Positions 1 through 9,418 of a DNA stretch of 32,000 bases are shown piece after piece. The first letter of the stretch is position 1, and each line of letters begins with the position of its first letter. The DNA lies in contig JBHLKY010000014.1 of the NCBI GenBank assembly GCA_048886185.1, forward strand, positions 90,001 through 122,000, written 5' to 3'. Origin of the DNA: Candidatus Hermodarchaeota archaeon (lineage in GTDB: Archaea > Asgardarchaeota > Heimdallarchaeia > Hodarchaeales > Hodarchaeaceae). The notes under the pieces are model-generated. The model saw only the letters and a program-made list of their open reading frames with translations, was not told where the DNA came from and searched no databases. The position numbers and the translations under genes are program-made.

Positions 1-354
1 CGGTACACGCCTTTTTCCAATAGTCATTCCAAACTCAACGTTTTTTTGAACAGTCATATGAGGCCAAAGAGCATATGACTGAAAAACCATTGCCATATCC
101 CTCTTTCGAGCTGCAAGGTTAGTGATAGGTTCGAGAGTGTTTGTTGTTTTATTATTAAAGTAAATCTCGCCTCCATCAACCTTTTCTAGGCCTGCAATGC
201 ATCTTAAAGTTGTAGATTTTCCACATCCAGATGGTCCCAATAACGTGAGAATTTCTCCTTCATATATATCAAGATTTATACTATTTACCGCGATAACTTC
301 TCCAAATTTCTTTGTAAGGTTTTCAAGCCTGATTATCGGATTTTTTTCACTCAA
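1..354 (-). CDS. ABC transporter ATP-binding subunit (FbpC/PotA/MalK-like), N-terminal part; runs off the left edge
   Basis: Not in the ORF track. Manual translation from TTG at 354 gives MSEKNPIIRLENLTKKFGEVIAVNSINLDIYEGEILTLLGPSGCGKSTTLRCIAGLE...AMVFQSYALWPHMTVQKNVEFG. Walker A GPSGCGKST and Q-loop VFQSYALWPHM are present, with a GAGGA SD-like motif upstream. Confidence 0.95.
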   Translation of the reverse strand, partial: MSEKNPIIRLENLTKKFGEVIAVNSINLDIYEGEILTLLGPSGCGKSTTLRCIAGLEKVDGGEIYFNNKTTNTLEPITNLAARKRDMAMVFQSYALWPHMTVQKNVEFGMTIGKRRVP

Positions 355-644
355 ATTTTAATCCTCTTAGACTTTTGTTCTTATTAAAGGGTGGGTGTGC
401 CTTCGAGTACTAAATTAAAAGATAAACTAACGCAGATTCGTTTATTTAAAAGTGAAACGCATTTTAAGTAGATAATTTTGAAACATTGATATTCCTTGAG
501 AAAGAAGAATAAATTCTAAAATAGGATTGTTAGCTATAAGGAAAGGGCATTATATTTAAAAAAATCCGACTATATTAATTTATAACTGCTTTTTTCGTTT
601 TGGTAGAAATAATTGACATAAGCCCATACTTACTTGAAAAAAAA

Positions 645-652
645 TTTATAAA
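645..652 (+). promoter_or_regulatory. Putative archaeal TATA box (TTTATAAA) preceded by a purine-rich BRE-like tract
   Basis: gaaaaaaaaTTTATAAAg lies ~135 nt upstream of the substrate-binding protein start, in the divergent intergenic region. Confidence 0.45.
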
Positions 653-672
653 GTAGGTTTAGATTCAATATG

Positions 673-702
673 AATTGTGAATTATACTGTGTATTCTCAA
701 TT
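673..702. promoter_or_regulatory. Imperfect inverted repeat, candidate repressor operator
   Basis: AATTGTGAAT-N10-ATTCTCAATT; the arms match at 9 of 10 positions. It sits 20-50 nt downstream of the putative TATA box. Confidence 0.35.
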
Positions 703-785
703 ATATCCAAAGGGAATATTGTGGTTATAGTTCATTTAAGGAAATTGATAAAAATCAGAAAATGCCATAAATAGAGGTTAAAGTA

Positions 786-2108
786 ATGAAAAATTTGCCT
801 GTAAAACTTTTAATAGGATTATTGGCTATCTATCTACTAAGTGGGTGTGTTGCAGCACCAAAAGACACACTTGTTATTTTACACCCCCATAGCTCTGATT
901 TTGCGTCCCATGTCATTGATGGGTTTAAAGAATGGTATAAAGAAGAGACGGGTAATGAAATAACGGTTGATACTATAGAGAAATACTCTGGTGATTGTTG
1001 GACCGACGTTTCAACATGGAATGGTACTTCACCTGAAGCAGATGTGTGGTGGGGCGGTGGTGAATTCTACTTTGAACAAGCACGTTCTGCTGAACTACTT
1101 GTCCGTTATGAAGTTGCCGAAGATGCAAATATCAAGGCTAATTTAGGTGGATGGCATCTAAAAGATGATTCGGACACCACAAAAGCACCCATGTGGTATG
1201 CAGCTGCCATTAGTGGTTTTGGGATAATTTACAATGAAGAGTATCTCGACACAGAAGGTTTGGAGATCCCTGAAACATGGGAAGACCTTATTGACTATTC
1301 TTATTACGGACACATCTCCATGTGTGATCCTGCTGAAAGTGGATCAACTCTTGCGGCAGTAAAACAGGTTTTGCAACTTATGTCTGATGCGACTGATGAA
1401 GTCACTTATGAAACAAATGTCACCGAAGGATGGCAATACTGGCTACAGCTTTCTGGGAATGTAGGCACATTTACCACATCTAGTTCAGCAGTTCCAGCTG
1501 CAGTTGCCGAAGGTAACGCTGGAGTCGGCATATGCATTGATTATTATGCATTAGACAAAATGTTGACCGATGATAACATTGGTTTTACATATGGTGGCGG
1601 CACTACGGTCAGCCCAGATCCAGCTGGGATACTTAAAGGAGCAGCAAACTTGGATGCAGCAAAGAAATTCATGGATTATCTTATTGGTACAGAAGGTCAA
1701 ACTCTTGTTGGTGACTATAGGACACCAGCCAATTTTAAGGCCGATACTGCAGATCACGTCCCAAAAGCTTTTGACAGTACTGGAAAAGCGACTACTGAAT
1801 TCCCAGCAATAACTCCATTCAGTCCTTCTCTTGATGGGGCAATTCATTCACGAGTAGAGGCAGTTTATAACAATTACATTGTACAAAATCACGCAAAAGC
1901 TAAGGCTGCATGGGACGCTATTGGCAAACAGACTAACACAGCAACACAGGCGGCTGCACTAGCTATTTACACAAAACTACCTTCTGATTGCAATGGTACG
2001 ATAGCAGGCTTTAGAGATCTAAATTATAAAGATACAACAACAATAAATAACTGGAAAACTGAAGGTACTACCAATTTTGATGCTGCCAAAGATGCAGCTA
2101 CAGATTAG
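786..2108 (+). CDS. ABC transporter substrate-binding lipoprotein, Fe3+/AfuA/PgtC-like family
   Basis: Signal peptide with lipobox LLSG-C; motifs ADVWWGG, SGFGIIYN..YL, PETWEDL, DP.ESGST, AGILKGAANLDAAKKFMDYL; GAGGT SD-like motif upstream. Confidence 0.88.
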   Translation: MKNLPVKLLIGLLAIYLLSGCVAAPKDTLVILHPHSSDFASHVIDGFKEWYKEETGNEITVDTIEKYSGDCWTDVSTWNGTSPEADVWWGGGEFYFEQARSAELLVRYEVAEDANIKANLGGWHLKDDSDTTKAPMWYAAAISGFGIIYNEEYLDTEGLEIPETWEDLIDYSYYGHISMCDPAESGSTLAAVKQVLQLMSDATDEVTYETNVTEGWQYWLQLSGNVGTFTTSSSAVPAAVAEGNAGVGICIDYYALDKMLTDDNIGFTYGGGTTVSPDPAGILKGAANLDAAKKFMDYLIGTEGQTLVGDYRTPANFKADTADHVPKAFDSTGKATTEFPAITPFSPSLDGAIHSRVEAVYNNYIVQNHAKAKAAWDAIGKQTNTATQAAALAIYTKLPSDCNGTIAGFRDLNYKDTTTINNWKTEGTTNFDAAKDAATD

Positions 2109-2140
2109 CCTTTAAAAGAGAATATAAAAGTAATATACTC

Positions 2141-2193
2141 GAGAAGAAAGATTATTCAACAGAATTTTCTTTCACTCTCCCATTTATTTTTTT
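2141..2193 (+). terminator. Possible terminator downstream of the substrate-binding protein gene
   Basis: Imperfect stem GAGAAGAAAGA (2141-2151) / TCTTTCACTCTC (2168-2179) followed by the T-rich tract TTTATTTTTTT. Confidence 0.4.
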
Positions 2194-2461
2194 AATAACT
2201 CCAAAATTTAACTTTCTTTGATTTTTTTGTTAGTTTGACAAAAATCTAAAGTAATATCCCATATAGTATTTTAGTAAATATCCATTTTTTCTTATTCTTA
2301 ATTTTTCTCTAGAGTTCATAATTTCTAATCTTTCATCCTCTGATTAGAGAAAGGCAACTTATGGTGATGTTAGGGGAAAAAATTCCTTTAAAACCGAGAT
2401 ACTTTTAAGTAGAAAAAAGGAATAAAGAAAAAAATTTGGTTATTATGCAGAGGGCTTCATT

Positions 2462-4522
2462 GTGCTACCCACTCAAATTAAGGAGAAAATAGAAGGAAAA
2501 AAAACCATTAATATTCGTGAAATTACTAGATCATTGTTTTTAAATTACGAGATTAGCGCTTTAGCGCTATTTTCCATTCTAATGTTTATATTCAGTTTTT
2601 TCATGTTTTTACCGATATTAAGCATCTCTATTTCGGCATTTAACTTTACTGATCCTTCAAATTTCTTTCAACACTTCATTTATTGTTTTGAATCCGTTAC
2701 TTATCGTCAAAGTATTTTTAATACGCTTTTTGCAGGATTAACAACTACTATCATTTGTTGTATCATCGGTCTCACCGTCACTATTATTTTTAGTAGATAT
2801 CAATTCTTTGGTAAAAGATATTTCCAGGTACTAACCATTTTACCCTTAGTTGCCCCTCCTTTTGTTGGTGCTTTTGCGCTAAGACGGCTGTTAGATAATA
2901 ATGGCATTATTACTAACTTTTTTCAGCTATATATTCCAGGAATAACAAATTTACTAGGAGTATCAATCTGGGGAATTATTTTAATGCAATCAATCCACCT
3001 CTGGCCTCTAATATTTTTCAATACCGCCGCGTCTTATAGTAAAATTGATCCAGCTCAAGAAGAGCAAGCTAGAAACCTAGGAAGTTGGAGCCTAAGCCTT
3101 TATAGGCAGATTATTCTGCCTCTAATAACACCTGGTTTCGTAGCTGGTGCGGTACTTGTTTTTATCTGGTCCATCAGTGATTTAGGAACACCAATAGTAC
3201 TCTATTATAGAGAGTATGCTCCATTTTTAGCTTTTAGCGAACTTAGGAAAGAAAGAGGGGCGTATGTTGAGGGTGCTTATGCTCTTGTGATCATCCTACT
3301 GATTGTTAGTCTATTAGCTCTTTTATTTTCTTCAAAAATTGTAGGGATGAGAGATTATGCTCCAGAAAAAGTTTCAGGAATGGAACAAACACGACTAATG
3401 CAGAAAGCCTCTAAGCCTAAAACATTTCTAATATTATTAATACTTATTTCTCTCCTAGTGATTTCTCTATTGCCCCATATTGGAATTTTTACTGTTGCTT
3501 TTGTTGAGAGAATCAAAATAGGTGAAGTGATACCTACCCTTTGGACTTTTGATGGTGTAATAATTACTTTAGAAAAAGCAGATGTAGTCGCAATGATCTT
3601 TAATTCTCTAGTCTATTCAGCTCTAGCAATGAGTATTACTATTGTTATTGGAATAATAGTAGGCTATTTGATTGTGAGAAAACAAAATCTTAAAGGCATT
3701 CCTTTAATAATGACCGTCATTGGAGGATATGTAGGACTAATATTGGGAGCTCAAATAGCATCTAGTCTTGGTAACACTCTTGAAAAACAATCGGTTATTT
3801 TTGGATTTTGTATTCTTATGTCTGTAATCTTTTTTGTTACTGGCCGATCGATGAATCTTAGAACTTTGGAAGTCTTTTCTACAATGCCTTTTGCAGTTCC
3901 CGGTATTGTTCTTGCTGCAGGATACATCGGATTCTTTGGTTCGACCACTTCCTTATGGGGATTCTTACCATCAGAGCTGGATCTAATTCCTATTGTTGGT
4001 ATTGTTACCTCAGTAATAAGAAAATTTCTACTTTCATTCCCTAATAATCCATTAGAATTTCGTTTTACGTCGTTTTGGTTCATTCTTGTTGTTTCATATT
4101 CTATGAGAAGGATGCCTTACGCAGTACAATCATCAACGGCTGTCCTTAGACAAATCCATGAATCATTGGAAGAAGTTGCCCATAATTTAGGAGCATCAGC
4201 AACAACTACCCTTAGACGTGTAACCATCCCACTTATGGCTAGTGGTGTATTAGCAGGAGGAATTTTGACATTTATAACGAGTTTCACGGAAGTATCCACC
4301 TCTATAATGATAACACCAATCAATCCACCTTTTAGACCCATCTATTCTGTCAGTCCACTTTCAGATCCATTAACAAAAGGCATCTATGATGAAATCACTC
4401 GTGGTGGTGATTGGGCTCCAGCAGGAGTAATGGGATTAATTCAATTGTTAGTAGCAGGAATTGGTATGATTATAACTCAAAGGTTGCTTGGTGAAAAGAC
4501 AGGAACCGCTTTCGGAGGTTAA
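2462..4522 (+). CDS. ABC transporter permease, FbpB-like, with two fused TM domains
   Basis: Highly hydrophobic, with two EAA-like loops (QEEQARNLGS, LEEVAHNLGAS) and LPLVAPPFVGA and MPFAVPGIVLA motifs. GTG start. Confidence 0.92.
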   Translation: MLPTQIKEKIEGKKTINIREITRSLFLNYEISALALFSILMFIFSFFMFLPILSISISAFNFTDPSNFFQHFIYCFESVTYRQSIFNTLFAGLTTTIICCIIGLTVTIIFSRYQFFGKRYFQVLTILPLVAPPFVGAFALRRLLDNNGIITNFFQLYIPGITNLLGVSIWGIILMQSIHLWPLIFFNTAASYSKIDPAQEEQARNLGSWSLSLYRQIILPLITPGFVAGAVLVFIWSISDLGTPIVLYYREYAPFLAFSELRKERGAYVEGAYALVIILLIVSLLALLFSSKIVGMRDYAPEKVSGMEQTRLMQKASKPKTFLILLILISLLVISLLPHIGIFTVAFVERIKIGEVIPTLWTFDGVIITLEKADVVAMIFNSLVYSALAMSITIVIGIIVGYLIVRKQNLKGIPLIMTVIGGYVGLILGAQIASSLGNTLEKQSVIFGFCILMSVIFFVTGRSMNLRTLEVFSTMPFAVPGIVLAAGYIGFFGSTTSLWGFLPSELDLIPIVGIVTSVIRKFLLSFPNNPLEFRFTSFWFILVVSYSMRRMPYAVQSSTAVLRQIHESLEEVAHNLGASATTTLRRVTIPLMASGVLAGGILTFITSFTEVSTSIMITPINPPFRPIYSVSPLSDPLTKGIYDEITRGGDWAPAGVMGLIQLLVAGIGMIITQRLLGEKTGTAFGG

Positions 4523-4527
4523 TCCCC

Positions 4528-4866
4528 TTGACATCACAGGATGAAAGCGGAAAAGTAGCGAATGAAAGGAAATCTAAAAAAGAACTCCAGTGGCAACAGT
4601 ATGCCAGAGAGGTACTGGATTTTATACTAGGATTCAGGAATGCTATTATAATTATTTTTGCCTGGATTCTAATAAGTCAAATTTCTGGCTATTCGGTTCT
4701 AAATATTCTAGGATCAATCGTCAGCCTTTTATTCTATCCCATTAATTTGCTATTATTTAATACAGGATTTAATGAGATAAATGTTCCTGAAGTTTTTTTC
4801 CTGCTTGTACCGTTAATGATATTAATAATTGTAGGTTTCTTGATCATTATATCAACAGAAGATTGA
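4528..4866 (+). CDS. Small hypothetical membrane protein
   Basis: TTG start 5 nt after the permease stop, with a GGAGG SD in the permease 3' end. Charged N-terminus followed by about 3 hydrophobic segments. Confidence 0.65.
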   Translation: MTSQDESGKVANERKSKKELQWQQYAREVLDFILGFRNAIIIIFAWILISQISGYSVLNILGSIVSLLFYPINLLLFNTGFNEINVPEVFFLLVPLMILIIVGFLIIISTED

Positions 4867-4882
4867 ATTAAAGAGTGATTTA

Positions 4883-5911
4883 TCATTGAATTTGACGTGA
4901 GGGTAGAAACTCTTCTTTGAGGAACGTTATCAGTCTTTCAACCGATTTAAAAGTTTTATCAGCAAAAAAACTTGTGAATGGACTGTGGTTTTCGGCAGGA
5001 AATACAGCAAAAACATATTTATTATTACGAAATCCATAAGCTTGTTCGTTTACGACTCCTGATGAGTGTACAATCTCAGGATAGAACACAACAACCATTG
5101 TTGATTGATCAATTAGCTGAAAATCACGATATACTGTTTGATAGAAATCATAAAATCGAATTTCTTCAGGAATCTTCTCATGAACTTTTGCCAGCTCCAT
5201 TGTTCCAGGATCGAAAACAACGAATCCTAAATTACGAAGCTCTTGGGCAAGTTCTTTAATCTCTTTTTTTTTTTCCTGATCACGGATGTGTGTCATAGGA
5301 TAGGACAAATAGACTTTCTCACTGATCTCATGTTCAAATATAAGCTTGTATAATGTTTCTGGGGGTTGACGTCTTGCTACAATGTAAAAAGGTTTCTTTA
5401 GAATCTCAGCCATTAGTTTTGTTGTAAATGCTTCTTCCTCCTGCCAGATTCCTAACTGAAGTCGGTTATTCATCCCTTTCCAAAGTGGATTTGCTTCTAA
5501 TGTCTCATAAATATCATTAATTATGTTAATAATTGTGAGAAAAAGATCGGGCTTCAATTTTGTAAGATAAAAGAAATCCCAACCAGCCAAGAGATGTTCT
5601 CGCCATCTAAAAGTAGCATGAGTATTGATTATAATAGCAATGTCCTTATGTTTTTCTTCATATTCTTCTACTTCTCGAATGATACGTTCGAAGACTGTTG
5701 ATCTTAACGCTTGTAAAGTGGGCGGGGATAAATCCAGCATTTTCTCCCGTTTAACATCCATACGTAGTTCTTGTGCGGTTTTCCACATCATTCGATTGGT
5801 ATTCATTACCACTAGTTTCTTCCGAGAATAATTTTTTTGAAGATAATTCTTCAGATCAGCAACCGCTTCAGATCTACTAGAACCACTGATGCCACTGACA
5901 ATCACGCGCAT
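4883..5911 (-). CDS. Fusion of an archaeal adenylate-kinase (AdkA)-like P-loop domain and a nucleoside-deoxyribosyltransferase/NMP N-glycosidase-like domain
   Basis: N-terminal MRVIVSGISGSSRS (P-loop-like) and IINTHATFRW. C-terminal KVYLSYPMT...GFVVFDP...RDFQLIDQS..VVVFYP...SSGVVNEQAYG. Confidence 0.7.
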   Translation of the reverse strand: MRVIVSGISGSSRSEAVADLKNYLQKNYSRKKLVVMNTNRMMWKTAQELRMDVKREKMLDLSPPTLQALRSTVFERIIREVEEYEEKHKDIAIIINTHATFRWREHLLAGWDFFYLTKLKPDLFLTIINIINDIYETLEANPLWKGMNNRLQLGIWQEEEAFTTKLMAEILKKPFYIVARRQPPETLYKLIFEHEISEKVYLSYPMTHIRDQEKKKEIKELAQELRNLGFVVFDPGTMELAKVHEKIPEEIRFYDFYQTVYRDFQLIDQSTMVVVFYPEIVHSSGVVNEQAYGFRNNKYVFAVFPAENHSPFTSFFADKTFKSVERLITFLKEEFLPSRQIQ

Positions 5912-5935
5912 TCCTTTCTCATCCTTCGATTCAGA

Positions 5936-5954
5936 GAAAGCTCAACAAGCTTTC
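5936..5954. promoter_or_regulatory. Short inverted repeat in the divergent promoter between the fusion gene and the HAD gene
   Basis: GAAAGCT-CAACA-AGCTTTC has perfect 7-bp arms and lies 25-43 nt upstream of the fusion gene start. Confidence 0.25.
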
Positions 5955-6036
5955 AAATAGATGATGTGAGGCTTTTACTTTCTCTTTTAGAATACATGTA
6001 GTCATTATTAATTAAACTTTCTCATCTCAAACGAAA

Positions 6037-6744
6037 ATGATTTTTGATATGTTGATTTGGGCTCTTTTTATGCGACAAAATGGTCAACGTGTTCAGTTAT
6101 CGGAATCTACAGTAATAGTATTTGATTTTGATGGAACTTTAACTACAAATGAATATAGATCCTCATGGCAGGCTGTTCACGAGTATTTTGGAACATGGGA
6201 AAGTCATGGAAAACTTATTTTACAACGTTTTCTTAAAGGAGAGATTTCATATTATGAATTCTGTAAAGCTGATGCGGCTGTTTGGATTGGTAAAACAGAG
6301 GAAGATTACCAAGAAGCGCTTAGAACTATTAAACTACGTGAAGGAGCTCTTGAACTTGTTTCATTTCTAAAACAAAGAAAGTGTAAACTTGTCATAATAT
6401 CGATGGGCCTTGAAGACATTGTAGAGAAAATCGCAAAGCAATTTGATTTTGATTATTGGATTGGAAATGAACTGATCCGACGTGATAATCGAATTACTGG
6501 AGAAGTTAAGGTGAAAATAGATTGGAAAGAAAAGGGAGCTTTTCTGAAATCAATCCTTCGTGAACGATTTAAGGTACCCCCAGAAAATTCAATTGTTATC
6601 GGAGATTCAACAGCTGATATTGACATGTTCGATGTCGCAGGATTTTCAATCGCTATTGAACCCAGTTCTGAAAAAGTAGCTGAAGCTGCAGATAGGGTAT
6701 GCCAGACTAAGAATTTGCTAGAAATAATTTCGTTTTTTCAATAA
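6037..6744 (+). CDS. HAD-superfamily phosphatase (SerB-like, subfamily IB)
   Basis: Motif I FDFDGTLT, motif II IISMG, motif III KEKG and motif IV GDSTADIDM. The true start may be a downstream ATG. Confidence 0.88.
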   Translation: MIFDMLIWALFMRQNGQRVQLSESTVIVFDFDGTLTTNEYRSSWQAVHEYFGTWESHGKLILQRFLKGEISYYEFCKADAAVWIGKTEEDYQEALRTIKLREGALELVSFLKQRKCKLVIISMGLEDIVEKIAKQFDFDYWIGNELIRRDNRITGEVKVKIDWKEKGAFLKSILRERFKVPPENSIVIGDSTADIDMFDVAGFSIAIEPSSEKVAEAADRVCQTKNLLEIISFFQ

Positions 6745-7039
6745 TCTGACTCTTATTTTGAGGTATCAGATATAAAAACAGGGTCAACAAAAGATCAGGA
6801 TTTTTTACCGAAATGATTTTTCCAGTTGATTCCTATCAGATACGAGAAAAATATGAGGGTGAGATTCTTAGGAAGAAAAAATATATTTTAAAAATAGGGA
6901 AAGGATTAGTGAGCGCCTTACTATATAAGTAAAGAAAAAGGCCGATTTAAGTAAATATTAATTGATTTAATTATTCAAATTATGTTGAACTCTGATTTGA
7001 AATAAATAATGGAAAATCTGGTGATATGGAGAACCAATT

Positions 7040-7993
7040 ATGGTTGATAATCAGGTTTTAAAAATTTCCCATCTAGTTGCAATCCGTGATTTACTAGAAC
7101 AAGATATCCTAAGAATTCTAGATTATGCTGAAACAATTAAACGAAATCCCCTAGATTTCCAAGATCGTCTAAAGGGAAAAATATTGGCCTTGGCTTTTTG
7201 GGAACCTAGCACACGAACTCGGTTATCTTTTGAAACAGCTATGTTAAGACTAGGAGGTAGTGTAACTGGATTTTCAAGCAGTGCAGGGACATCTCTTGAG
7301 AAAGGGGAATCGTTATCAGATACTATCACAATGTTGGCCAATTATTCAGATGGAATCGTAATTCGCCATCCACTACGAGGATCCGCTAAGTTAGCGGCTG
7401 AGATATCTCATAAATTTGGAGTTCCAGTCATCTCAGGCGGATCAGGGAGTCAAGAACATCCCACCCAGGCACTTCTTGACATCTTTACGATTCGTGAGTC
7501 TTTTGGCCGACTATCCGGATTGAATGTTGCTCTTATGGGAGATTTGCGATATAGCCGTACAATTTCATCTTTGTTGTTAGCATTAAGTAAGTTTGGAAAG
7601 AACACTATAAACCTTATTTCTCATCCCTCCTTACGTTTGCAAGAGGAGCTATTGGTGGATCTTAAGGAGACAAATTTAGAGTTAATTGAAAGAGAGAACC
7701 TCTCAGAAATTATTAGTGAACTTGATGTACTTTATATGACCAGGTTACAAAAGGAAAGATTTCCAGATCCAATGCTTTATCAAAAAGTCAAAGGTGCTTT
7801 TCAATTAAATCCATCTTTAATTAAGTCTATTAAGGATAAATCCTTGATCTTGCATCCTTTACCGAGAGTGGACGAAATTCCGTTTGAAATTGACCTGTTC
7901 CCTCAAGCAAAGTACTTTACTCAAGCAAAGAATGGTGTTTTTGTTCGAATGGCGATTTTGGATCACCTATTGGGAGATGACTCTGTTGAATAA
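7040..7993 (+). CDS. pyrB: Aspartate carbamoyltransferase, catalytic subunit
   Basis: EPSTRTRLSFE, KGESLSDT, HPTQALLD, GDLRYSRT, LYMTRLQKERF and HPLPRVDE motifs. Confidence 0.98.
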   Translation: MVDNQVLKISHLVAIRDLLEQDILRILDYAETIKRNPLDFQDRLKGKILALAFWEPSTRTRLSFETAMLRLGGSVTGFSSSAGTSLEKGESLSDTITMLANYSDGIVIRHPLRGSAKLAAEISHKFGVPVISGGSGSQEHPTQALLDIFTIRESFGRLSGLNVALMGDLRYSRTISSLLLALSKFGKNTINLISHPSLRLQEELLVDLKETNLELIERENLSEIISELDVLYMTRLQKERFPDPMLYQKVKGAFQLNPSLIKSIKDKSLILHPLPRVDEIPFEIDLFPQAKYFTQAKNGVFVRMAILDHLLGDDSVE

Positions 7994-8477
7994 CAAAGAA
8001 GAAAAAATAGAAAGGGAGCTTATTGTAGCAAAAATCGATAACGGAATAGTAATTGATCACATTACGCCTCCTGGACGAGCTTTTTACGCGATGAAAGCAT
8101 TAAAAATAGATGAAAACTTTCCTCATTCAGTATTTGTTGCTATTAATCTTCCGTCACGAAAATTTGGTAGAAAAGACATCTTAAAGATTCGTAATATGAA
8201 CAGGGAAGATTTAGACATTGAGAAATTAAGTTTATTAATATCTGGAAGTAATATTGCATATATTAAAGACTATATGATAATAAAAAAGGAAAAAATAAAA
8301 GCACCAAGTAGAATCTCTGGTGTAATAAAATGCCCAGGTTTGAATTGCATAACAAGCCAACATGAGGATGTTGAACCAGAATTTATTGTTTTAAGTGATC
8401 ATCACCCAATAAATTTACGATGTGTATATTGTGATGTAATTTTCAATGTACATGAGCATATCTCTTTAATGCTCTAA
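7986..8477 (+). CDS. pyrI: Aspartate carbamoyltransferase, regulatory subunit
   Basis: IDNGIVIDHI, SRKFGRKDILKI and the Zn-binding CPGLNC...CVYC. The start is more likely TTG 7986 or ATG 7977 (GGAG upstream) than the ORF-track start at 7884. Confidence 0.93.
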   Translation: MNNKEEKIERELIVAKIDNGIVIDHITPPGRAFYAMKALKIDENFPHSVFVAINLPSRKFGRKDILKIRNMNREDLDIEKLSLLISGSNIAYIKDYMIIKKEKIKAPSRISGVIKCPGLNCITSQHEDVEPEFIVLSDHHPINLRCVYCDVIFNVHEHISLML

Positions 8478-8479
8478 TT

Positions 8480-9418
8480 ATGATTATGAAAAATTTAGAA
8501 ACTACAATTGGAACTGTTAAACTTCGAAATCCTATAATTCTAGCTTCTGGTATCTTAGGATCTACGTACTCGACTCTCAATCGATCTTTTTATGATGGGT
8601 TTGGGGCAGTTACTACTAAATCAATTGGAATGAAATTACGGAAAGGATACCCGAATCCCTCCGTCCTTTACATTCCTGAAATTCAATCTGTTATCAATGC
8701 AGTAGGCTTAGCTAATCCAGGATGCGATAAATTTGGAAAAGAACTCTATAAAATTAAGGAGGATGTAAATCTAATCATTTCACTGTTCGGTTCGACAGCC
8801 GAGGAATTTACTGCTGTAATTAATTGCATTAGAAAACATAAGATAAATTCTAAACTAATCGCATTTGAATTAAATTTAAGTTGCCCTCATGGGGAAAAAT
8901 TCGGTATGGCGGTTGGAACTGATCCTGGGATTGTCAAGAAAGTTGTAAAAAACGTTAAAAACACCACTAATGTTCCAATTTGGGCGAAACTAACGCCTAA
9001 TATTTCTAATATTTCAATAATAGGAGAAGCTGCTATTTCGGAAGGAGTTGACGCCCTTGTAGCGATTAACACAGTCAAAGCTATGCTTATCGACGTTCAA
9101 TCAAAGAAACCTGTTCTAGGGAATATTAGAGGAGGGCTCTCTGGTAAGGCTATCAAACCAATTGGATTAAGAGCTATTTATGATCTATACGAAAAGCTAG
9201 GCCCAGAAGTACCTTTAATAGGATTGGGAGGAATTTCTAGCTGGGAAGATGTTGTAGAATATTTCTTAGCAGGAGCATGTGCAGTTCAGATAGGATCCGC
9301 CCTTTCTAATTATCCCTCACCCAAAATATTAATCACACAATTACTTAAAGGTCTAGAAAAATATCTCATTAAGGAAGATTTATCCTTAGAAGAGCTAAGA
9401 GGATTAGCTCATGAATAA
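8480..9418 (+). CDS. pyrD: Dihydroorotate dehydrogenase class 1B, catalytic subunit
   Basis: NPIILASG, TTKSIG, NAVGLANPG, ELNLSCPH (catalytic Cys), KLTPN, AINT, GGLSGKAIKP and GLGGI...VQIGS. Confidence 0.97.
   Translation: MIMKNLETTIGTVKLRNPIILASGILGSTYSTLNRSFYDGFGAVTTKSIGMKLRKGYPNPSVLYIPEIQSVINAVGLANPGCDKFGKELYKIKEDVNLIISLFGSTAEEFTAVINCIRKHKINSKLIAFELNLSCPHGEKFGMAVGTDPGIVKKVVKNVKNTTNVPIWAKLTPNISNISIIGEAAISEGVDALVAINTVKAMLIDVQSKKPVLGNIRGGLSGKAIKPIGLRAIYDLYEKLGPEVPLIGLGGISSWEDVVEYFLAGACAVQIGSALSNYPSPKILITQLLKGLEKYLIKEDLSLEELRGLAHE

Noticed and set aside
7884-7976. N-terminal extension of pyrI in the ORF track
   Set aside because: It overlaps pyrB by ~110 nt; PyrI homology and the SD motif point to a start at 7977 or 7986.
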